Position numbers and translations under genes: made by a program. From NCBI GenBank assembly GCA_964347945.1, contig CAYGAW010000055.1, forward strand, positions 4,787 to 68,786: a stretch of DNA of 64,000 nucleotides, written 5' to 3'. The notes under the pieces were generated by a model. It had not been told where the DNA came from, ran no database searches, and worked only from the letters and a program-made list of their open reading frames with translations. This DNA is from an uncultured Anaerolineales bacterium. Lineage in GTDB: Bacteria > Chloroflexota > Anaerolineae > UBA7937 > B3-Chlor. Shown piece after piece: positions 7,397 through 15,940 of this stretch; the first letter of the stretch is position 1; each line of letters starts with the position of its first letter.

Positions 7397-10300
7397 GTGT
7401 ATCGTCCGGCATTTAGGCCCAGCACCGGTGTCCCTCTGGTCTTGGCTGCGAGCTTGATAGCCGGGGCCTTCTTGAGCCGCTTCCTCACCGAGAATGCACA
7501 CTTCGGCTGGAGTGTCTTCTCCCTGTGGCTAGCATCGGCCGCCTTGGTGGCGCTGCTCGGACTTTCGGCTGCGCTTCTTTGGCGCACCGTGGTAAGGCAC
7601 GCGTTGGGCAGAGACCCGTTGTTGGCGGACGCATTGTGCCTTCTTCCTCTGCTTCTGCTGGCTCTGTATTTGTTTCAGCGGGAAGTAGATACACTCCAAG
7701 CCTCTGTCCTTCTCCTTGGCTCCCTCTCGCTGGTGGCAATTCTGATGGTCTCCAGGAAAGTGAGGAAAGAATGGACGGATAGAGCACTTCTGACGTTCAT
7801 CTTCTTTCTGCCGGTCGCCATGTACGTCAAGACTCTACTCCCTACCGTCGGCGAACACGACACCTTCGAGTTTCAGGTGCTGGCGTACCGACTAGGTATC
7901 GCCCATCCCACTGGCTATCCGCTGTACATCCTGCTGGGAAAGCTCTTTTCCTTCCTCCCCGTCGGAAACGTCGCCTATCGTCTGAATTTGTCGTCGGCGT
8001 TGTTCGCTGCCGGCGCCACGGTGCTAGTGTACGCCACCATCCACCTTCTCACGCGGCATCGAGCCGCGAGTGCTCTTTCAGCATTGAGTTTCGCCTTCAG
8101 CTACTCGTTTTGGTCCCAAGCTGTGGTGGCAGAGGTCTATGCACTTAACGCCCTGCTCGTCGCGTCGATCTGCTACCTGCTCCTTCGTTGGAGCCGCGAG
8201 GCGACGGATGATCCCAGAAGCTGCCAGGCCAAGCCGGAGGCGCGCGCCGCGCCCGTCCCAGCCAGGCTCCTGGCCCCACTCGGCCGCAGGTGGGCACTGC
8301 TGGTGACAGCTTCGTTCGTCTGCGGTCTGAGCCTCACTCATCATCGTACGATGCTGCTGTTGCTGCCCGCCGTCGTGCTGTACCTTCTGCTGAGTAGGCG
8401 TTGGACTGGCGTTCAAGTCGCCAGCGCACCAATACTGATCGGCGTCTTTGCTGTGCCACTTGTCGGCATACATCTGTACATACCGATTAGGTGGTGGCAG
8501 ATGCACGGCAAGATCATGCCCGTGAGCGAGTTCACAGACCTGATCCTGGGGACTCAGTTCGCCGGCGCCCTGCGGTGGGATGCCTGGCTTCGAGAACTGG
8601 ATCGGCTGCTCATGTACATTCGTGTCCTGCTGGAACAGTATCCTCTGCCCGCACTGGCACTCGCTCTCTTCGGCCTCTTCTGGCTATTCCGACCTGGAAG
8701 AACCTCCACGGCATATCCTGGTTGGAAGGAAGGGGTCTTCCTACTGACAGTCTTCATCGCCTATGTTCTCTTCGGTCTGAGCTACTACGTCCCAGACGTC
8801 TCGCTCTTCATGATCCCCTCACACTTGGTCATCGCTATCGCGCTGGGGATCGGCCTCAGCGCCTCGAGTCAGCTTGCTGAGAAGTGGCTCTCAAGCCTGG
8901 ATGCAGTCCCGCTCTCAACAGGGAGTACGATTGTCGGGGCAGCAACCCTATCTCTCGCAGCTCTACTTCCCATGAGTCTTATCTGGACCAACGTGCCGAG
9001 AGTGGACAGAAGCGACGAATACGCTAATTACGAGTGGGGTCGATACGTCCTACAGCAGGCGCTTCCCTCCTCCGCCGTGATCCTGGCTGACAGTGAGAAG
9101 ATAGCCCCCCTATACTATCTCCAGAAGGTGGAAGGCGTGCGAGCCGACACCGAGGCAGAGGTGTTCCCCGACGAGCAGAGCAACCGTGAGGAAGTAGAAA
9201 GGAGATTGGCGGAAGGAAGGCCTGTATTCCTGGCACGCTTCCTACCGGGCCTGGAGACGAGATACCACCTGCGATCTCTAGGGCCTCTTGTCGAGGTCAG
9301 CACCCACATGTTGACGGAAGTGCCCGTCGAGATCACTAGCTCGGATTGGAGCTTTGGAGGTGAGGTACTATTGCGGGGCTATCGCCTAGACTCGACGCAC
9401 GTCAGCGCCACCGACACGGTGCGTCTGACGTTATACTGGGAAGCTACGGAACGGATAGCGCAGAACTACGACGTTCGACTTCGTCTTGTAGGCCCTAGCG
9501 GGCGCGTGTGGCACCAGACTAGAGGAAGGCCGCCGGTGAACGGCTTATATCCTACTGCAGCCTGGCGTGCTGGAGAGATCGTGCCGGATTTCCACGAGTT
9601 GTATCTGGAAGGCAAGGTGCCTCCTGGGAGATACGCGCTGCAAGTCGGCTTGTTCGCGCCTTTCAGACAGGAGGGCCTCGCTGAAGTAAACACCGCAGAG
9701 GAATACGTCGCCATTGCGGAAGTCTCTATCAGTTATGCAGACCAATGGTCACCCACCATTGACCACCCCATGCGCGCGAGCTTCGACAATCGGATTATGC
9801 TGCTTGGATATGACCTGCCCTCGACTGCCTATCCCGGGGCAGAAATCCCCCTGACGCTCTATTGGCAGAGGATAGGCCACGTGCCCGTGGACTACGATGT
9901 GGCGATTGAACTGTGGGGATCTGGTTCAAAGCTCCTGCGGAGCAGTGTCGAGCAGCCGCTGTTCGGCGAATATACCCCATCTCGATGGAGAGAGGGTGAA
10001 GTACTGGCCGATGCGCACCTGGTAAGGATACCTCCCACTGCCTCTGGCCTGCTACACCTGCGGATTGCCATGCAAAATCCCGCAACCAAGCATGCCTTGC
10101 CGGTGGTAGACGGCTGGCCGGCTCGGCAACAGTGGTCCGCTACCCTTTCCGAAATCCGCGTCGAAGGATTGCCCGAAAGCACGAGTTCTGCAGACTATTC
10201 GCCCGCCAATTTCGAGGGCAAGATCCTGCTTCTGGGCCATGAGATTCACAATGTCCAAGTGAGAAAGGGTGGGTCTCTGGAACTGGACTTGACCTGGCAG

Positions 10301-10606
10301 GCTCTAGCCCCCGTTCATGAAGACTACACAGTGTTCGTTCATCTTCTGGACGAGTATGACCGGATCTGGGGTCAGGAGGACATACAGCCCGTCTACGGGA
10401 CCCGCCCCACCAGCCAATGGCGCGAAGGCGAGACGGTAGTAGACCCCCATACAGTATGGACCGATGGGAACGCACCACTGGGCCTGTATCGAGTCCAGGT
10501 TGGCCTCTATCTTCTTCGCACCATGGAGAGACTACACGTTCTCGACCCCTCCGGCAATCCAATTGGCGACAAAGTCATCATCGGCCTGATGGAGATAGTG
10601 CCCTAG
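7397..10606 (+). CDS. DUF2723/TMEM260-type GT-C membrane glycosyltransferase with three C-terminal ~100-aa lectin-like repeats
   Basis: About 530 aa of polytopic membrane domain carry the signature EHDTFEFQVLAYRLGIAHPTGYPLYILLGKLFSFLP (7853-7960). Three repeats follow at about 9352-9660, 9782-10075 and 10211-10603. Their pattern is LLGY...L.LYW.A....DY.V.V.L....G..W.Q....P..G..PTS.W..GE.V.D.H......PLG.Y..QVGLY. Confidence 0.75.
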   Translation: MYRPAFRPSTGVPLVLAASLIAGAFLSRFLTENAHFGWSVFSLWLASAALVALLGLSAALLWRTVVRHALGRDPLLADALCLLPLLLLALYLFQREVDTLQASVLLLGSLSLVAILMVSRKVRKEWTDRALLTFIFFLPVAMYVKTLLPTVGEHDTFEFQVLAYRLGIAHPTGYPLYILLGKLFSFLPVGNVAYRLNLSSALFAAGATVLVYATIHLLTRHRAASALSALSFAFSYSFWSQAVVAEVYALNALLVASICYLLLRWSREATDDPRSCQAKPEARAAPVPARLLAPLGRRWALLVTASFVCGLSLTHHRTMLLLLPAVVLYLLLSRRWTGVQVASAPILIGVFAVPLVGIHLYIPIRWWQMHGKIMPVSEFTDLILGTQFAGALRWDAWLRELDRLLMYIRVLLEQYPLPALALALFGLFWLFRPGRTSTAYPGWKEGVFLLTVFIAYVLFGLSYYVPDVSLFMIPSHLVIAIALGIGLSASSQLAEKWLSSLDAVPLSTGSTIVGAATLSLAALLPMSLIWTNVPRVDRSDEYANYEWGRYVLQQALPSSAVILADSEKIAPLYYLQKVEGVRADTEAEVFPDEQSNREEVERRLAEGRPVFLARFLPGLETRYHLRSLGPLVEVSTHMLTEVPVEITSSDWSFGGEVLLRGYRLDSTHVSATDTVRLTLYWEATERIAQNYDVRLRLVGPSGRVWHQTRGRPPVNGLYPTAAWRAGEIVPDFHELYLEGKVPPGRYALQVGLFAPFRQEGLAEVNTAEEYVAIAEVSISYADQWSPTIDHPMRASFDNRIMLLGYDLPSTAYPGAEIPLTLYWQRIGHVPVDYDVAIELWGSGSKLLRSSVEQPLFGEYTPSRWREGEVLADAHLVRIPPTASGLLHLRIAMQNPATKHALPVVDGWPARQQWSATLSEIRVEGLPESTSSADYSPANFEGKILLLGHEIHNVQVRKGGSLELDLTWQALAPVHEDYTVFVHLLDEYDRIWGQEDIQPVYGTRPTSQWREGETVVDPHTVWTDGNAPLGLYRVQVGLYLLRTMERLHVLDPSGNPIGDKVIIGLMEIVP

Positions 10607-10696
10607 GGGCTAGGCGAATTCGTGCACTCACATTTCACTTGTGGGCGCCATTGACCTGCAGGACCCAACACCTGGGAAAGAGCGCTGCGCCTGGTC

Positions 10697-10725
10697 TTGT
10701 AACGTGGTCAAGTGTGACGTATAAT
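10697..10725 (+). promoter_or_regulatory. Internal sigma-70-type promoter for mrdA, giving a near-leaderless transcript
   Basis: TTGTAA (10697-10702), a 17-nt spacer, then TATAAT (10720-10725). The ATG at 10736 is only 10 nt after the -10 element and no Shine-Dalgarno sequence lies between them. Confidence 0.5.
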
Positions 10726-10735
10726 CGTATTCGCA

Positions 10736-12688
10736 ATGGAGACCAAGGGACCGAACATCAAGGTTCTCGTATTCAGGGCCTTCGTTGTTGCCAGCTTTGC
10801 CCTGCTGGCCTTTCAAAGCTGGCAGCTCCAGATTGTGCGAGGCGAACAGTACCTCGAGCAGGCAGAGGGCAACAGATTTCGTCTTCGAGCCATCGATGCC
10901 CCGAGGGGTGTGATATACGACCGCAATGGCCGTCTGCTGGCTGGTAACGTGCCTAGCTTCGCCGTCTATATCGTCCCAGCGGATCTACCGGAAGAGGACG
11001 AGGACTACGTGTTCCAGCGGTTGTCCACCCTCCTAGAGATCCCAGTGAGCATTGAAGACCTCGACATCGGGTACGAGCCACTGGCCGAGCGCCATTCGCC
11101 TTCTCAGGGAGAGGAGTACAAACCAGAACCACAGATGATGGAGCGCGTGCACGCTGGTAGGGGAACCCCGCTCGCCCCTGTGCGTGTGAAATCGGACGTG
11201 CCCAGAGACATCGCATTCATCATCGAAGAAGAGCGTCTCGAGCTACCCGGTGTGATCGTAGAGACCGAACCCCTGAGGGAATATATCTCCAGCACCCTGG
11301 TCTCTCACGTGGTCGGCTACGTAGGGCACATTCCTGAGCGGGAGTTGGAGACTTACATCAACGGCCCGGATGCGGACTATGATGCGAATGACATCGTGGG
11401 ACTAACCGGAGTGGAGCTCACCTTTGAAGACGAATTGAGGGGCCGCAAGGGCCAGAGACACGTAGAAGTTGATGTGACGGGAAGAGAGATAGGGACCATC
11501 GGCGCTCCTGTACCACCCGTATCCGGGCGCAATCTAGTTCTCACCATTGATGTCGACTTGCAGGCGGTGGTGGAAGAAGCACTGCGAGCAGGCTTGGCCG
11601 CAGCCAATTCCGACTCGGGGGTAGCCATCGCCATGCATCCTCAGACGGGCGAAGTGCTGGCCATGGTCTCCCTGCCTAGCTACGACAACAACCTCTTCAT
11701 TGGCGGCATCTCTCAGGAAGAGTACGCCGAGCTGAGCGAGGATCCACGGCATCCCTTGGTCAACCACGCCATAAGCGGGCAGTACCCACCCGGGTCTACT
11801 TTCAAGGTGGTAACCGCTGTGGCAGGCCTGGAAGAAGGGGTAGTGGATCGATATGCCCTGTTCAACTGTCCTGGGACCATATGGATCCCGCACCGCTTCG
11901 CTCCCGATAACCCTGATCTGGCGCAGCCGTTCAACTGCTGGGCTACTGATGGCCATGGTTCCCTAAGCATCGTGCAAGCAATCGCGCAGTCCTGCGATAT
12001 CTATTTCGGCCTCCTCGCTGGAGGATATGGAGAATTCGAGGGGCTGGGGGAGGAGGCTCTGCACAATTACGCTGTCCTCTTCGGTGTAGGTCGGCCGACG
12101 GGCATAGACCTACCCGGCGAGAGCACAGGATTGGTCCCGGATGCAACCTGGAAGCGCCTGACGTATGGTGAGACCTGGGTTACAGGGGACACCTACAATG
12201 CCGCCATCGGGCAGGGTTTCATCCTGGCCACGCCTTTGCAGATGCTAGATGCCACAGCTGCGATTGCCAACGGCGGACGTCTCCATGAGCCACAGATCCT
12301 TCGTGAAATCAGAGATGCTGACGGCCGTGTGGTTACTCCTTTCAGTCCCCAGTTGATTCGCGAACTGCCCATCTCCGACGAAACGATAGGCCTTATCACG
12401 CAGGGCATGCTGGGCGCGGTCTCGTATGGTACGGCGCTGGGAGCCAGGTTGCCAGGGGTGGCTGTGGCCGGCAAGACAGGTACCGCTGAGTATCCCGGGG
12501 AGCGTGACTGGGAAGGGAACCTTCCGACACATGCCTGGTTCACGGCCTTCGCTCCCGCAGACGACCCACAAATCGCCCTCGTTGTGTTCGTCGAGGGCGG
12601 CGGAGAGGGCAGTAAGGTGGCAGTTCCGATCGCCGCAGAGATCCTCAGTTACTATTTCAATGTACCAGTGCTCGAATCACTGGAATGA
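10736..12688 (+). CDS. mrdA: Penicillin-binding protein 2, the elongasome transpeptidase
   Basis: N-terminal TM segment, QIVRGEQYLEQAEGNRFRLRAIDAPRGVIYDRNGRLLAGNVPSF, and the transpeptidase motifs STFK and KTGTAE. Confidence 0.9.
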   Translation: METKGPNIKVLVFRAFVVASFALLAFQSWQLQIVRGEQYLEQAEGNRFRLRAIDAPRGVIYDRNGRLLAGNVPSFAVYIVPADLPEEDEDYVFQRLSTLLEIPVSIEDLDIGYEPLAERHSPSQGEEYKPEPQMMERVHAGRGTPLAPVRVKSDVPRDIAFIIEEERLELPGVIVETEPLREYISSTLVSHVVGYVGHIPERELETYINGPDADYDANDIVGLTGVELTFEDELRGRKGQRHVEVDVTGREIGTIGAPVPPVSGRNLVLTIDVDLQAVVEEALRAGLAAANSDSGVAIAMHPQTGEVLAMVSLPSYDNNLFIGGISQEEYAELSEDPRHPLVNHAISGQYPPGSTFKVVTAVAGLEEGVVDRYALFNCPGTIWIPHRFAPDNPDLAQPFNCWATDGHGSLSIVQAIAQSCDIYFGLLAGGYGEFEGLGEEALHNYAVLFGVGRPTGIDLPGESTGLVPDATWKRLTYGETWVTGDTYNAAIGQGFILATPLQMLDATAAIANGGRLHEPQILREIRDADGRVVTPFSPQLIRELPISDETIGLITQGMLGAVSYGTALGARLPGVAVAGKTGTAEYPGERDWEGNLPTHAWFTAFAPADDPQIALVVFVEGGGEGSKVAVPIAAEILSYYFNVPVLESLE

Positions 12689-12803
12689 CAGGTACATTCT
12701 GCGCTTCCGATTCGAGGCAACCCCAGCAGGGAGCAAGCGCGGGCAACCGGAGACTTTAGTCCCCGACACACCCATCGGGACCTCTAGAAGCAGGAGAGAG
12801 TGA

Positions 12804-13919
12804 CTGATAGACGGTAGAACTTGGCAGCACTTTGACTTCAAATTGTTTGGAGCCACCCTCGTCCTTGTGGCTTTGGGCGTAGCACTGATCTACAGTGCCA
12901 CGCTCGCGTCTGCGCCGCCGAGCCAAGACTGGTGGGACACCTTTCTTGCTCGTCAGATCATCTACGCCGTCTTAGGCATAGCGCTGATGCTCCTTGTTTC
13001 CTTCACAGACTACAGCATCTTCGCCAATGTCAATCACCTCATATACGGCCTCACAATACTATCGCTGATACTTGTGTACGCAGTGGGTCAGATATCCTTC
13101 GGGGCGCAGCGTTGGATCAGCCTGGGGTTCTTCGATCTCCAGCCTTCGGAACTCGCAAAGGTGCTGCTCATCATCGTGCTGGCTAAATTCCTGGCGGACA
13201 GGCGGGAAGATCTGAAGCGACTGCCGTACTTCCTGATGTCGCTGGTCTATGTGGCAGTGCCAATCGTCTTCGTTTACATCCAGCCGGATTTAGGCACGGC
13301 GATTGTTCTCGGCGTGTGCTGGCTGGCCATGGTGCTGATGGCGGGAGTGCGTTTCAGGCACCTGGGTCTCATTGCTGCGATTGGGCTCATCGCTTCGCCC
13401 CTGGTCTGGAGTGCGTTGCATGGATACATGCGGGAACGCATCTTTGTCTTCCTCAACCCTGAACGAGACCCGTTGGGCGCTGGCTATAACATAAACCAGG
13501 CCCGCATCGCCGTGGGCTCTGGGGGCTGGCTTGGGCAAGGGTTCGCGAGGGGAAGCCAGAGTCAGCTGCACTTCCTGCGCGTCAGACACACTGACTACGT
13601 CTTTTCTGTATTAGGGGAGGAGTTGGGGTTTGTGGGCGTCGTCCTGGTATTGATCCTGTTCCTCGTGGTCATATGGCGCATGTTGAGAGCAGCCGAGATG
13701 GCGCGGGACACCTTTGGTCAACTGATCGCTTGTGGAATCACCACAGTGATAGCCTTCCAGGTTATTGCCAATATTGGCATGAACGTAGGCCTGTTGCCCT
13801 CATCGGGAGTACCGCTACCATTCGTCAGCTATGGAGGAAGCGCGCTTGTGGCCCTTCTGATCGGGGAAGGCGTAGTGCAAAACATCATCATACGTCACAA
13901 GAGACTCGAATTTCAGTGA
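12804..13919 (+). CDS. rodA: SEDS glycosyltransferase RodA
   Basis: FtsW/RodA family, with ten-TM character, GLPLPFVSYGGSALV and RHTDYVFSVLGEELGFVG. The ORF track starts at TTG 12843. The upstream in-frame residues LIDGRTWQHFDFKL resemble the conserved RodA N-terminus, and AGGAG (12792-12796) sits 7 nt before CTG 12804. Confidence 0.85.
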   Translation: MIDGRTWQHFDFKLFGATLVLVALGVALIYSATLASAPPSQDWWDTFLARQIIYAVLGIALMLLVSFTDYSIFANVNHLIYGLTILSLILVYAVGQISFGAQRWISLGFFDLQPSELAKVLLIIVLAKFLADRREDLKRLPYFLMSLVYVAVPIVFVYIQPDLGTAIVLGVCWLAMVLMAGVRFRHLGLIAAIGLIASPLVWSALHGYMRERIFVFLNPERDPLGAGYNINQARIAVGSGGWLGQGFARGSQSQLHFLRVRHTDYVFSVLGEELGFVGVVLVLILFLVVIWRMLRAAEMARDTFGQLIACGITTVIAFQVIANIGMNVGLLPSSGVPLPFVSYGGSALVALLIGEGVVQNIIIRHKRLEFQ

Positions 13920-14045
13920 CCGGCCGCGTTTCGCGACAACCGTATGCAGATAGGAGCGCAAGGGTTCCAGCTGGATTCGACGCGCTACCGCTACTTGAGG
14001 TGATCAACCCACGATGCGGCAAGACTCTTGGCGGAGAGTGCTTGC

Positions 14046-15527
14046 ATGACTGATAGCTCCCAGTCAGTACGTGTGCGCTTTGCGCCCAGCCCGACAGGGT
14101 ACCTGCACGTGGGAGGCGCCAGGACGGCTCTCTTCAACTGGCTGTTCGCCAGGAACCGTAGAGGTGCCTTTATCGTGCGCATCGAGGACACTGACAGACT
14201 GCGTTCTACCGAGGAGTCTACAGGAGGGATTCTGTCTTCCCTCGACTGGCTAGGGCTGGACTGGGACGAGGGCCCACGCGTAGGTGGCGAATTCGAGCCC
14301 TATTTCCAGATGCAGCGGTTGCCGTTCTACCAGGCGGTCATGGAACAACTTCTGGAGCAGAGAGAGGCCTACTACTGCTATTGTACGCAGGAGGAATTGG
14401 AGGCTCGGAGAAAAGCAGCTCTCGCTGAAGGGAAAGCCCCGGGGTATGACAGACGTTGCCGGTACTTGTCACCCCAAGAGACAGCAGCATGCGAAGCCGA
14501 GGGCAGGAAGCCTGCGGTTCGATTCGCCATGCCATTGGAGGGAGAGACCGTCGTTGATGATCTCATCCACGGTCGGGTCCGGTTCGGCAACGAGCAGTTG
14601 GATGACTTGGTGATTGTGAAGGCTGACGGTTCTCCTACCTACAACTTCGCAGTTGTGGTCGACGACGTGCTGATGAAGATCAGCCACGTCATCCGTGGCG
14701 ATGAGCACCTAGCCAACACACCGCGCCAGATCAGGATCTATGAGGCCCTCGGCTACCCCGTGCCGCAATTCGCGCACGTGTCCATGATCCTCGGTGAGGA
14801 TCGCGCCAAGCTCTCTAAACGCCACGGTGCCACTTCGCTGAGCGACTATCGAAACTCCGGTTATCTCCCTGAGGCTCTGTTCAACTTCCTGGCTCTCCTG
14901 GGTTGGGCATACGATGATCAGACCGAGATCATGAGCCGCGGTGAGATCATCGAACGCTTCCGTCTGGAGAATGTGAGCCCCGCTCCGGCGGTTTTCTCCA
15001 AGGATAAGCTAGACTGGATGAACGGAGTCTACATCCGAAACCTGCCCGCGGATGATCTGGCCACACGTCTCTTACCGTTCCTGGAGAACGCAGGACTGAC
15101 GGTGGAAAGGAAGACCGTGCGGCGGCTTGTGCCTTTGGTCCAAGAGCGCATCAAGGTGCTCGCCGATGCGGTGCCTCTTGTTGACTTCTTCTTCCAGGAG
15201 CATATCACCTACGACGCGGAACTGCTGATCGGCAAGGGGATGGATAGCGCACATTCCCTGACCGCTCTGGGGAGAGTTGGCGAGGCTCTGGATCGGCTCC
15301 CCACCTTTGACGAGACAGCCTTGGAGAGCACTCTGCGCGACCTCGCTGGAGAGCTGGAGTTGAAGGCGGGTCAGCTGTTCGGCATTATCCGGGTCGCTGT
15401 CACAGGGAAGACAGTGGCACCCCCCCTCTTTGGCACCGTGAGCGTTCTCGGCAAAGAGCGGGTCCTGAGTCGCATTAAGGAAGCCGAGAAAGCGCTTACG
15501 GATCTTGTGGATCCAGACGAGGTGTGA
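14046..15527 (+). CDS. gltX: Glutamyl-tRNA synthetase
   Basis: VRVRFAPSPTGYLHVGGARTALFNWLFARN (HIGH region) and KLSKRHG (KMSKS). ATG 14046 is preferred over TTG 14028. Confidence 0.95.
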   Translation: MTDSSQSVRVRFAPSPTGYLHVGGARTALFNWLFARNRRGAFIVRIEDTDRLRSTEESTGGILSSLDWLGLDWDEGPRVGGEFEPYFQMQRLPFYQAVMEQLLEQREAYYCYCTQEELEARRKAALAEGKAPGYDRRCRYLSPQETAACEAEGRKPAVRFAMPLEGETVVDDLIHGRVRFGNEQLDDLVIVKADGSPTYNFAVVVDDVLMKISHVIRGDEHLANTPRQIRIYEALGYPVPQFAHVSMILGEDRAKLSKRHGATSLSDYRNSGYLPEALFNFLALLGWAYDDQTEIMSRGEIIERFRLENVSPAPAVFSKDKLDWMNGVYIRNLPADDLATRLLPFLENAGLTVERKTVRRLVPLVQERIKVLADAVPLVDFFFQEHITYDAELLIGKGMDSAHSLTALGRVGEALDRLPTFDETALESTLRDLAGELELKAGQLFGIIRVAVTGKTVAPPLFGTVSVLGKERVLSRIKEAEKALTDLVDPDEV

Positions 15528-15533
15528 TACAAT
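15525..15533 (+). promoter_or_regulatory. Extended -10 promoter for tRNA-Gln, overlapping the gltX stop codon
   Basis: TGaTACAAT at 15525-15533, followed by AGTAG. The TGA is the gltX stop. The tRNA starts 12 nt downstream. Confidence 0.45.
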
Positions 15534-15544
15534 AGTAGCGGTAC

Positions 15545-15615
15545 TGGGGGATCGTCTAGTGGTAGGACAGCTGACTCTGGATCAGTAAGCGGGGGTTCGA
15601 ATCCTCCTCCCCCAG
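15545..15615 (+). tRNA. tRNA-Gln (anticodon CTG)
   Basis: Hand-folded cloverleaf: acceptor TGGGGGA/TCCCCCA, D-arm GTCT-AGTGGTA-GGAC, anticodon stem GCTGA/TCAGT with loop CTCTGGA, T-arm GGGGG-TTCGAAT-CCTCC. 71 nt, no encoded CCA. Confidence 0.9.
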
Positions 15616-15633
15616 CTGATCCGATGCGATCGT

Positions 15634-15656
15634 GGCCCATCTCGGATGGGCCTTTT
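15634..15656 (+). terminator. Rho-independent terminator after tRNA-Gln
   Basis: Perfect 8-bp stem GGCCCATC/GATGGGCC with a 3-nt loop, followed by TTTT. Confidence 0.75.
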
Positions 15657-15866
15657 GTCTATGTGCGGAGCAACTGCTTAGAGCCAAGGGAGCTCCTTGT
15701 CCAGGGCTGCCTTCGCGATCAACTCGTGGAGTGAGTGCCTGCCCACAGACAGCCCGTAGAAGCGTCACGGATGTCAATCGCTCAGGTGGAGGTTTCAGAA
15801 CCGCGTCTCAAAACCCAAATAGCCACATTCTTACACAAGCGGGTTCAGAATCGCCCTAAAGTCCTA

Positions 15867-15895
15867 TTGCTTTTGTCAACGAGCGGTGATATAAT
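15867..15895 (+). promoter_or_regulatory. Sigma-70-type promoter with extended -10 upstream of the kinase gene
   Basis: TTGCTT (15867-15872), a 17-nt spacer, then TGaTATAAT (15887-15895). Confidence 0.5.
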
Positions 15896-15940
15896 AGCAT
15901 CAGCAGAGTTGGCTGCTAGTAGATCACGGACTTCTTCACC

